Shown: piece after piece, positions 18,608-27,337 of the stretch
How positions within the stretch are numbered: the first letter of the stretch is position 1
Layout of the letters: each line of letters begins with the position of its first letter
Assembly: GCA_965223845.1 (NCBI GenBank)
Contig: CBDCXR010000004.1
Coordinates: 7,456,001 to 7,520,000 of the forward strand
Source of the DNA: Planctomycetota bacterium
Lineage (GTDB): Bacteria; Planctomycetota; UBA8108; SXIK01
Direction: 5' to 3'
DNA: 64,000 nucleotides
The notes under the pieces: generated by a model
Databases searched by the model: none
What the model saw: the letters and a program-made list of their open reading frames with translations, nothing else
What the model was told of the DNA's origin: nothing
Position numbers and translations under genes: made by a program

Positions 18608-21577
18608 GTGAATCGCACAACGCTCAGTCCCGGCGTCGCCACCCGACGCTGGCTCCCTCGACTCGTCTCCGTCACCGTCGCGCTGTTCGCCGTACACTTC
18701 GTCCCGGACGCGCGCGCGCAGGAGAACGACTCCGACGACCCGGCGGTCGAGAACGAGCTCGCCCCCGAGGAGCCCTCCCTCGAGGAGGCCGAGGCGCTTC
18801 GTCTCGAAGGTGACTACGAGGACGCGATCGAGGAGTACCGCCGAGTCCTAGCGGATTCGCCGAATGACGTCGCCGCGCAGCAGGGACTCGCGCGAGCGCT
18901 GTCGGAGCTCGGGCGCGACGACGAGGCGGGTGAGTTCCTGCAACATTCGAAAGAGCTCGAGTCGACCGGTTCGCTGCGGCGGGAGCTGGGGCGCGTTCGG
19001 CTTCGCCGCGGTCGCTTGCGTGAAGCGGAAGCCGAGTTTCGGAAGGCGATCGCGCTCGATGCGAACGACGTCATCGCCGTCAATCGCCTCGGAGAAACGC
19101 TCCACAAGCAGGGCCGCATCTCGTCCGCCGAGCGAGCTTGGGGTCAGGTGATCGACATCTACCAGCGGCTTTCGGTCGAGGAAGCCGAAAAGCTTCCGGC
19201 GGTGGCGTTCGTCGAGATGGGTCTCGCGTGCGTCGGCCTCAATCGGTTTCGGGACGCGAACGACGTCATGTTCGCGCAGGCAGCCGAAAAAGATCGCGAG
19301 AGTCCGGATCTTCTCCTCGCCGAGGGGAGGATCTTCCTGGCGAAGTACAACTACCCCGACTCGCGGAAATCGCTCCGGGAGCTCCTCGATATCAACCGCC
19401 GCTCGGCCGATGCGCTGACCGTCCTCGCGGACAACTACCTCACGGATTTTCAGGAGGGCACGGGACGCTACGAGCTCGCGGAGAAGTTCGTCGGCCGCGC
19501 GCTCGAGGTGAATCCGCATCATGCCGAGGCGCACATCGTCCGCGGACTGCTGCAGCTTAGCGATGGGTACACGGACCGCGCTCGCGCGGACTTCTCCCGC
19601 GCGACCGAGCTCGACCCCTCGTCACTCCGAGCGCGAGGATTGCTCGCCGCGTGCTACTACCTCGTCGGCGACGACGAAGCCTTCGCCTCGCTCGAAAAAG
19701 AAACGCTCGATCGAAATCCCCGCGCGGGCGAGTTCTATCACGCGCTCGCCGTCGCGATCGAACGGAAGTTCCGCTACGCGGACGTCGTGAAATTCTGCGA
19801 GAAGGCGGTGGAGGTCGCTCCGAAGTACTGGCCGGTCTACCTTCCTCTAGCCGTGAATCTCATGCGCGTCGGGGACGACAAGCGCGGGCGAGAGTTCCTC
19901 GATAAGGCCTGGGAGCACGATCCCTACAACGTCTGGGCGATCAATACGCGAAAGCTCGTGCAGCACATGAAACGAAGGCATCGCGTCTTCGAGACCGATC
20001 GCTTCGTCTTTCGTTTTCCCAAAGAGCCGCGGGAGTTCAACGTCCTCAGCACGTACCTCGTCCCGCTCCTCGAGAAGGGGTTCGACAAACTGTCCGCCCG
20101 CTACGAGCTCGAGCTCGAGCCGCCGATCTACGTCGAATCGTTCGCGGAGCACAAGTGGTTCAGTGCGCGCACCGTAGGGCTCGAAGGGTTCGCGGCGGCC
20201 GGGGCGTGCTTCGGCGACGTGGTGACGCTGACGACGCCGACGGCGCTGCCGCAGCAGAACTGGGGCGCCGTTGCGTGGCACGAGTTCGCCCACGTCGTCA
20301 CGCTCAACTTGACGCACAACCGCGTCCCGCGCTGGCTCACCGAAGGGCTCAGCGTCTACGAGGAAGGTCGCGACCATCCCGAGTGGACACGCAATTTCGC
20401 CCGCGACGTCGCCGATGCCTTCGGATCGGATCGCCTCCTTCCGATCGCCGAGCTCGACTTCGGATTCTCGAAACCGAAGTATCCGGGCCAGATCCTGATG
20501 TCGTACTTTCAGGGTTGCTTGATCGTTCGTTACATCGAGAAGACCTGGGGCTTCGATCGCATCCTCAAGATCCTCCGCGGCTACCGCGATCTGAAGCCGC
20601 TCGCCCAGAACTTTCGCGAAGCGCTCGATGTCTCCCTCGAGGAGTTCGACGCCGGATTCTTCAAGTACGTCGCCGAGTGGGTCGACGCGAACGGCTACAC
20701 CCCCGCGCTCGCCGAGGACGTGATCCCTCGGCTCGAGCTCGAGACGGAGACCGAGCCGGACGAGCTCTCGAAGTGGATCGACCTCGCGTGGGCGTACTTC
20801 CTGAACGGGGGGCCGGAGGAAGAAGACTCCGCCATCGCGCTTCATCGCGTGATCGAGGTCGATCCCGATCACGGCGACGCGCACGCCCTGCTCGGAATGA
20901 TCGCACAGCGGAACGAGGACGAAGAGCGCGCGCGGGAGAATTACGAGAAGGCCCTCGAGCGCGGGACGCGCTTTCGCTTCCGCCTCCATTTTGCGCTCGG
21001 GGCGATGGCCGCCGAGCGGGGCGACACCGACGCGGCGATCGAACACTTCGAGGCGGCAAAGAAGATCTCGCCGGCGGCGGGGGCGGCGACCTTTCCGCCC
21101 GGTGGGGAGAACACGTACTACCGCCTCGCAAAGCTGTACCACGGAGCCGGTCGCGGCGAGGACGCGGTGCGGCAGATGATCGAGCTTCGGCCGCACGCGC
21201 CCGAGGATCCACGCTGCCGCGTCGCGATCTTCAAGTTCTACGAGAACGACACGAGCGAGGAAGCGGCGAAGGAGAAGCTCGCCGCGCTGCGAGAGCTGAT
21301 CTACATCGCGCCGTACGATGGCGCGGTCCACACGGCGCTTGCCGAGGTGGCGAGTCGGGCGGGAGACCACGACACGGTGATTCGCGAGCAAACCTACCTG
21401 CTCCGGTTCCCGTCGACGAACCCTCAGCTCGCGCACGTCGCCCTCGCGGAGGCGTACCTCGCGAAGGGGGACCGCGAGAACGCGGCGGTTCACGCCCGGA
21501 AGGTCCTCGATCTCGATCCCGGGGACCGGGCGGCCAAGCGCGTTCTCGAGGCCGCGCAGACTGGAACGACGGAATGA
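18608..21577 (+). CDS. Exported TPR-repeat protein with peptidase MA-like (HExxH) domain
   Basis: Signal peptide ending ARA-Q; many TPRs on both sides of HEFAHVV...VPRWLTEG; start taken at GTG 18608 (the ORF is open from 18413). Confidence 0.85.
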   Translation: MNRTTLSPGVATRRWLPRLVSVTVALFAVHFVPDARAQENDSDDPAVENELAPEEPSLEEAEALRLEGDYEDAIEEYRRVLADSPNDVAAQQGLARALSELGRDDEAGEFLQHSKELESTGSLRRELGRVRLRRGRLREAEAEFRKAIALDANDVIAVNRLGETLHKQGRISSAERAWGQVIDIYQRLSVEEAEKLPAVAFVEMGLACVGLNRFRDANDVMFAQAAEKDRESPDLLLAEGRIFLAKYNYPDSRKSLRELLDINRRSADALTVLADNYLTDFQEGTGRYELAEKFVGRALEVNPHHAEAHIVRGLLQLSDGYTDRARADFSRATELDPSSLRARGLLAACYYLVGDDEAFASLEKETLDRNPRAGEFYHALAVAIERKFRYADVVKFCEKAVEVAPKYWPVYLPLAVNLMRVGDDKRGREFLDKAWEHDPYNVWAINTRKLVQHMKRRHRVFETDRFVFRFPKEPREFNVLSTYLVPLLEKGFDKLSARYELELEPPIYVESFAEHKWFSARTVGLEGFAAAGACFGDVVTLTTPTALPQQNWGAVAWHEFAHVVTLNLTHNRVPRWLTEGLSVYEEGRDHPEWTRNFARDVADAFGSDRLLPIAELDFGFSKPKYPGQILMSYFQGCLIVRYIEKTWGFDRILKILRGYRDLKPLAQNFREALDVSLEEFDAGFFKYVAEWVDANGYTPALAEDVIPRLELETETEPDELSKWIDLAWAYFLNGGPEEEDSAIALHRVIEVDPDHGDAHALLGMIAQRNEDEERARENYEKALERGTRFRFRLHFALGAMAAERGDTDAAIEHFEAAKKISPAAGAATFPPGGENTYYRLAKLYHGAGRGEDAVRQMIELRPHAPEDPRCRVAIFKFYENDTSEEAAKEKLAALRELIYIAPYDGAVHTALAEVASRAGDHDTVIREQTYLLRFPSTNPQLAHVALAEAYLAKGDRENAAVHARKVLDLDPGDRAAKRVLEAAQTGTTE

Positions 21578-21948
21578 GTCGTCCCGGGGCGGATGGGTCG
21601 ATCCGAGACGAGAGTGTCTCGAATCCACACACCGTTCGGCGCGACTGGTTTCACCGGAAGTGCCGATAGAATCGGTACTTAACCCGCGATCAGGCGCGGG
21701 GAACGGCAGTTGCTAAAACCAGCGTCACGCCCCCGGTGTCTCTCCGTTTTCCGAGAGATCCGGGTCGCTCTCGAGCGCGGTCGACGATTTACCTGGCCGC
21801 GTCGGGCGCGCTACTCTACCCGATCCCGCGAATCGTCGGTCCGGTCCGATTCCGACTCCGGCCGCCCACGCGGGACCAAGGGTTGAGGACACCAACCAAG
21901 TCCGGCACGAACCACGAACGGCTCCCCTCTATCGACCGGAGATCTTCC

Positions 21949-24900
21949 ATGAGCTCGACCATGAAGGCCGCTCTCGCGAGCGCCGCCATTCTGATCCTTC
22001 TCGGCGCCGCGATTTTCCTGATCGGACTCGGCGACGATCTCGACGACCGCCCGGCGGACGACGTCGTCATCGACGAGCCCGAGCCGGAGCGGGTCGCAGA
22101 ACCGCGCGCGGTCAAGCCCGAGGCGACGCCGATCGCGACCGTGATCTCACGCGACGCCGTCGCGGTCACCGCAAGCGTCGTCGACACGGATGGCCGCGCG
22201 CTCGCGCAGGCTCAGCTTCTCGTTGCGCGGGCCGCGGACGGCGACCGTCTCGGCGATCGCGTCTGGGATTCTTCGCAGGGCGGAAATACCGGCGACGGTA
22301 GGTTCCGCTTCTCCCTGGAGCCGGGTGCCTACATCGCACACGCGCAGTGTCGGGGATACACCGGCGAAAAGAAGCTGCTCACGGTCGTCAAAGGAGTGCC
22401 GCAGGAGCTCACGTTCACGCTCGACCGCGGAAACTCCATCTCCGGCCGAATTCTCGACCGTTCCGGTGAAGGCATCGCCGGCGCGCGGGTTCTCGCGCTC
22501 AAGGAGCTCGGCCCGCCGGACGCGGACCTCGAGACGGCGCTGATTCAGTTGATCGGCCTCGAGGAGATGACCAATAGGGCCGAGGCCGAAACTTTCAGTG
22601 CCGACGACGGCAGCTACGTTCTCGACGGTTTGGCGCCCGAGTGGTTCTCGGTGCGCGCCATCGCGAAGGAGTTCGTCCCCGGCGAAGTGAAGGGCGTTCC
22701 GGCGCCGCGCGAACGGGTCAACATCGTGCTCGAGCCGGGCGGACTCGTGACCGGCGTCGTCACGGACGCCGCGGGCGCGCCGATCGCGAGCGCGAAGGTC
22801 GAGGCGTTTCGCGAGACCGAGAGCACCGCGATGATCGACGTCATCCTCTCGAAGTCGAGACCGGCCGTCGACTCGGTCGAGAGCGCCTCGGATGGGACCT
22901 TCGAGTTCAATACGCTCGGGAGCGGCATCTACAACTTCCGGGTCACGGCGCGAGGGTTTCGATCCCACGTCGAGGGAAAGGTGCGAGTGGATTCAGCCAC
23001 TCCGCTTCGCTTCAAGCTCGAGCCGGGCCTCTCGATCGTCGGATACATCCAGGGGCCGAACGGCGAGCCGATCGTCGGCGCGAAGGTGCGCGCCCAGCCG
23101 CTCATCGGCGCGTCCCGCGGGCGTCCTGAAATCACGATGATCAGCTTCGACGACGACAGCGTGTTCACGAACAACGAAGGTTACTTCCTCTTCGATACAC
23201 TCGAGGATGGCGAGTACAACCTGCTCGCGTTCCACGCCGACTACCAGACGCTGCGGCGCAAGGGGATCCGCACCGAGAGCGGCGAGCTGATGCTGCGGAT
23301 GACGTTTGGCGGTCGCATCAGCGGCCGTGTCACCGATCAGGACGGAACGCCGATCCCGGGCGCGCGTGTCGTCGCGACCGATGTCGCCGACTTCACCAAG
23401 GACGAGGTGACGGACGAGGACGGCGTGTTCGTCTTGAGCGGCGTCCAGACCGGGCGTCGTGCGGTGTCCGTGAACGTGAGCGCCGAGGGCTTCGCACGCG
23501 TGCGCCGGCAGGTCAAGGTGAACGACGGCAGCGAGGTCGAGCAGGACTTCCGACTCGATGCGACGGCGCGCGTGACCGGACGCGTGCTCACGTCGAACGG
23601 TGATCCGCTGCGCGGTGTGATGTTGATGGTGAAGAAATCCGAAGAAAACGCGACGGTCGATTACACGATCGCGAACGGGCGGACGAACCACAACGGTGAG
23701 TTCAGCATCCCGAGCGTCGAGGCGAGCGGTAAGCTGTGGATTCGCGCGAAGCTCGCGGGCTTCCTCGAGGGTGCGAGTGACGACTTCGACGTCGAGCCGG
23801 GCTCGGCGATCGAGCTGCCGCCGATCGTGCTCGATCTCGGAGGAACGATTATGGGCCGCGTGGAAGACCCGGATGGCCGTCCGGTCGGCGGCGCTCGCGT
23901 CACGTTCCGTCGCGAGGGACAGAGCGAGACGACGATGGGCGGCAACGCGTCGGTGACGACGGCACAGAACGGCGAGTTTCGCCTTCAGGGCCTCCAGTCG
24001 GGTGTGCTCGATCTCGTCGTCCAACCGGTGCATCTCCTCGAGAAGGTCGTGCCGGATCTCGACGTGAAGGAAGGTCAGGTCGTCGGACCGACCGTCGTCC
24101 GCGTCGAGCGCGGAAACAGCGTTACGGGTCGCGTCGTGGACACCGAAGGCGAGACGGTCGCCGGCGCGGAGATCTACGTCCGCGACTACTCGCGCGGAGC
24201 GGCCGAGAGCCGGGCAGTGACCGACGCGAACGGCAAGTTCGCCGTCAGCAAGATCGTCACGAACGACACGGTCGAGCTGGAGGTCGTGCACCCGAGCTAC
24301 TCGAAGTACTTGCGTGACGAGGTGAAGGTCGGGTCGGAGCTCGAGATCGTCCTCCAGGAGCTCGGCACGATCGTCGGCGTCGTCGTCGATCCCGACGGAA
24401 TGCCGGTGAGCTCGTTCTCCGTCCAGCCGCAGGCGGTGGGGGCGCGCGACGGGAAGCGGCCGCTCCGCTCGCGTACGGTCGACGCGGACGACGGACGGTT
24501 CCGCTACCGCGGAATCCCGAAGGGTATCTACAACGTGCAGATTCGCGCGCCGGCCTACTCGGCGGCGACCCTCGAGAACGTCGAGATCTCCGAAGGCGCC
24601 GAGGTGGACCTGGGTCGCGTCCAGCTGCAGACGGGCGGAGCGGTCGGCGGGTTCGTGATCGACGCGGTGACGCGAGAGCCCGTCGTTGGGGCGCGCGTCT
24701 CCATCGTGCAGGGGACGAGCCGATTCGTCTCACCGCGCCCGGGCTCGCCGTCGGGCGCGCGCCGTGGCCGCTCGAACGAGACGACGGACTCCCGCGGCGA
24801 GTTCTCGTTCGTCGGCCTGAAGAGCGGCAACCTCACTCTCCGCGTCACGCACCCCGATTACGTCGCCGAGAAGGTGCAGACGAACCCCGATGCCGCCGCG

Positions 24901-25200
24901 GCGCAGTCGCTCGAGATCGCTCTCTCGCGCGGAGGTGAGATCAACGGAGTCGTCTTCGGATCGGACGGGCGGCCGCGTGCGAACATGCAGGTCTACCTGA
25001 TCGGCGATCGCCCGAACCAGAACCAGCGCTCCCGCTCCGACCAGGAAGGTCGGTTCAAGTTCTCGAGCGTCGTTCCCGGTGCGTACACCGTCAAGGCGCA
25101 CGAGTTCGCCCGCGAGCCGAATCAGCCGGCGCAGCAAGCTGAGGTCGAGCTGGAGATCGGATCGGGTGAGATCCAGGACGTGGTCCTGAGTCTTCCCTGA
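21949..25200 (+). CDS. Membrane-anchored protein with tandem carboxypeptidase-regulatory-like (Cna-B type) beta repeats
   Basis: N-terminal TM; about 11 repeats of ISGRV.D.DG.PI.GA.V ... TD.DG.F....L..G.Y.L.A. Confidence 0.9.
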   Translation: MSSTMKAALASAAILILLGAAIFLIGLGDDLDDRPADDVVIDEPEPERVAEPRAVKPEATPIATVISRDAVAVTASVVDTDGRALAQAQLLVARAADGDRLGDRVWDSSQGGNTGDGRFRFSLEPGAYIAHAQCRGYTGEKKLLTVVKGVPQELTFTLDRGNSISGRILDRSGEGIAGARVLALKELGPPDADLETALIQLIGLEEMTNRAEAETFSADDGSYVLDGLAPEWFSVRAIAKEFVPGEVKGVPAPRERVNIVLEPGGLVTGVVTDAAGAPIASAKVEAFRETESTAMIDVILSKSRPAVDSVESASDGTFEFNTLGSGIYNFRVTARGFRSHVEGKVRVDSATPLRFKLEPGLSIVGYIQGPNGEPIVGAKVRAQPLIGASRGRPEITMISFDDDSVFTNNEGYFLFDTLEDGEYNLLAFHADYQTLRRKGIRTESGELMLRMTFGGRISGRVTDQDGTPIPGARVVATDVADFTKDEVTDEDGVFVLSGVQTGRRAVSVNVSAEGFARVRRQVKVNDGSEVEQDFRLDATARVTGRVLTSNGDPLRGVMLMVKKSEENATVDYTIANGRTNHNGEFSIPSVEASGKLWIRAKLAGFLEGASDDFDVEPGSAIELPPIVLDLGGTIMGRVEDPDGRPVGGARVTFRREGQSETTMGGNASVTTAQNGEFRLQGLQSGVLDLVVQPVHLLEKVVPDLDVKEGQVVGPTVVRVERGNSVTGRVVDTEGETVAGAEIYVRDYSRGAAESRAVTDANGKFAVSKIVTNDTVELEVVHPSYSKYLRDEVKVGSELEIVLQELGTIVGVVVDPDGMPVSSFSVQPQAVGARDGKRPLRSRTVDADDGRFRYRGIPKGIYNVQIRAPAYSAATLENVEISEGAEVDLGRVQLQTGGAVGGFVIDAVTREPVVGARVSIVQGTSRFVSPRPGSPSGARRGRSNETTDSRGEFSFVGLKSGNLTLRVTHPDYVAEKVQTNPDAAAAQSLEIALSRGGEINGVVFGSDGRPRANMQVYLIGDRPNQNQRSRSDQEGRFKFSSVVPGAYTVKAHEFAREPNQPAQQAEVELEIGSGEIQDVVLSLP

Positions 25201-25414
25201 GTCCCTCACCGCTCGATTCGCCGGGTTTTCTGGGCGGCCTCGCTTCGTCGTTCACTCGAACGGAGAAGCGAGGCCGTTCGCGTGTTCGGCGACGTCGGTC
25301 CCCGAGGGGCACCGCCGCTCTGGGCGTAAGTCGTGTTCCTGAAGGACCTTCTGCTCCTCGCGAACGTCCCGTAATCAAAAGTTCTCGCCGCGCCGCATTT
25401 TTTCGGGCTGGCGG

Positions 25415-25442
25415 TAAAGTTCCTGGGCGCGACCCCCGATAA
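25415..25442 (+). promoter_or_regulatory. Sigma-28 (FliA)-type promoter upstream of flgM
   Basis: TAAA(GTTC)-N16-CCCGATAA versus consensus TAAA-N15/16-GCCGATAA, about 60 nt before the flgM ATG. Confidence 0.75.
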
Positions 25443-25502
25443 GAAAGAATACAGACCACGGCTCGTTCGTCGGGCCGCCAAGACATCTGGAGAGGGGACC
25501 CC

Positions 25503-25778
25503 ATGGAAGTTCAAGGACCGGGCGGAGTCTCTGGCCCGAATCGGATCGAACCGCAGAGGATCTCCGCCCAGCGCGCCGAGCGTACGGAGGTCGGCGCGCG
25601 CATCGGCGACCGCGCAGAGATCTCGGAGGCCGCACGCCTCCTGAGTCAGCTCGGTGACGTTCCCGACGTCCGCATGGAGAAAGTCGGTCCGCTGAAGGAG
25701 CTGATCGCGGCCGGCAACTACGAGACGCCGCAGCGCATCGAGGCGGCGGTCGAGAGGCTCCTCGAAGAGCTCGACTGA
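25503..25778 (+). CDS. flgM: Anti-sigma-28 factor FlgM
   Basis: 91 aa; DRAEISEAA...DVRMEKV..LKELIAAGNY is the FlgM C-terminal signature; GAGGGGA RBS. Confidence 0.88.
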   Translation: MEVQGPGGVSGPNRIEPQRISAQRAERTEVGARIGDRAEISEAARLLSQLGDVPDVRMEKVGPLKELIAAGNYETPQRIEAAVERLLEELD

Positions 25779-26136
25779 TTCGCCGGCGCTCGCCGCCCCC
25801 CACGTGACGCCGGGGGGAGACCTCGGCTCGCTTGCGGTCCGTCCGGTGGGGACCCGAGCCCGACCTTCCCGTCGGGTGGCCTCGTCTCGCCATCGCCCTG
25901 CGATCCCGTTCCGCGCGCGACGAACTCGATGTTCGGGTTTCGTCGGCGGACCGTCCGGGGCGGCCGCTGCGCCCGTCAAAATCGCTTCTGCGGGTTTCTC
26001 GCCGATGCTAAAATCACCGCTCGCTCACTTCTTCTAGCGAGTGGCTCCTCCGCGACCGGCCCGCCCGCGAACGGGTTCCGCGCCTCCGCGGGGACTTCGG
26101 TCGCTTCGCATCGACGTTTCCCGCGATTGGACGGAC

Positions 26137-26691
26137 ATGGTCGAACGTCGCTCCCGCGCTTCGCGTTCTCGTTCGCGCGCGTCAACCGGCCGTACGGCCG
26201 CGGCGCGTTCCCGCCCGTCGGGCGCTCGGTCATCCGAGGCCCGGACCTCCGGGTCCGGCTCGGGGGCTCGCCGGAGACCGCCCGGGCCGCCGCCCCGCTC
26301 GGGGATGTCGCCGGTTCGTCTCACGATTCTCCTCGGACTCCCGATCGTGGGCATCGGGATTCTGCTCCTTTGGAGCTCGACCCGTCCGCCTCCCGAGCCC
26401 GAAGTCCAGGACGAGAACGTCTCGGTGCGCGACATGGAGTCGAAGGTGCCGGAGTTCACCAAGGAGTACCGTGCGGTGATGAAGCTGAAGTCCGAGAACC
26501 CCGCGGAGTTCGAGCGACGCGGTACGAAGCTGAAGACCGATATGGAAACCTGGCGCGATGAGTGGAACGCGATGTTCGATCCCAAGCGCGACGAGAACGA
26601 CGAGTTGCCGCCGGAGCTCCAGGGATACGATCGGGCGCCGAACCAAGTGAACCAGCTCATCGTCGATCTCTACCGGCAACTCGGAATGTAA
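26137..26691 (+). CDS. Hypothetical single-pass membrane protein with Arg/Ser-rich N-terminus and helical C-domain
   Basis: ATG at 26137; TM LTILLGLPIVGIGILLLW; natural-looking helical C-terminal half. Confidence 0.7.
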   Translation: MVERRSRASRSRSRASTGRTAAARSRPSGARSSEARTSGSGSGARRRPPGPPPRSGMSPVRLTILLGLPIVGIGILLLWSSTRPPPEPEVQDENVSVRDMESKVPEFTKEYRAVMKLKSENPAEFERRGTKLKTDMETWRDEWNAMFDPKRDENDELPPELQGYDRAPNQVNQLIVDLYRQLGM

Positions 26692-26817
26692 CGCGGAAGC
26701 GCCGTGTCACCCATCACCCAGCGAGTCTCCCGTTCTTCTCCTTCGCCCCGGAGCGGCCTCCGGTCGTGGAACCGTCGTGGCCGGACCTCGCGCCGGCGCG
26801 AGCGCGGTGAGATCGAC

Positions 26818-27249
26818 ATGACCGATCTCTACGTCGGGCTCGGGTTGCTGGTGATCGTTCCCTTCGTCACGTATGTCGCGTGCGGAGTCCTCGGCGTGAT
26901 TCCGGAGGGGCCGGAGGCGACGATGGGGCGCGAACGGAAGGTCGAGCCGCTTCCGATCACGGCCGAGGAGATCGACCTCCGCATCAAGAAGGCGACGATC
27001 ATCATTCGCCAGAACGCCAAAGAGTTTATTCAGAAGATGGACACCGTGGAGGACGACATCCTCCGCGACGACTATCGACGCTGGGCCGATCGCGCTCTCA
27101 CGGCGGGCCTCGAGCTGCTGGCGGAAGTTGATTCGAAAACGAGCTCGGGTCAGTTCCCGGCACAGCGGGCGCGGGCGCAGACGCTCAGGGCCGAAGCGAA
27201 AACGAATCTCAAGCGCGTGCAAGCTCTCGACGTCCTCGGGGGAAACTGA
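26818..27249 (+). CDS. Hypothetical membrane-anchored helical protein
   Basis: ATG at 26818 (ORF open from 26704); N-terminal TM and amphipathic helices. Confidence 0.7.
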   Translation: MTDLYVGLGLLVIVPFVTYVACGVLGVIPEGPEATMGRERKVEPLPITAEEIDLRIKKATIIIRQNAKEFIQKMDTVEDDILRDDYRRWADRALTAGLELLAEVDSKTSSGQFPAQRARAQTLRAEAKTNLKRVQALDVLGGN

Positions 27250-27337
27250 TCGCCGTCGCGGCCCGCGAGCGCGCGAGCTCCGAGACACGCTCGGTGGTGT
27301 GCCGTGAAGTCCGCCGCGGCGGAACGCTTGATCCGCG

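Noticed and set aside
21640-21670. GCCGATAG (and GCCGATGC at ~26001) as additional sigma-28 promoters
   Set aside because: No TAAA-like -35 box at 15-16 nt spacing.
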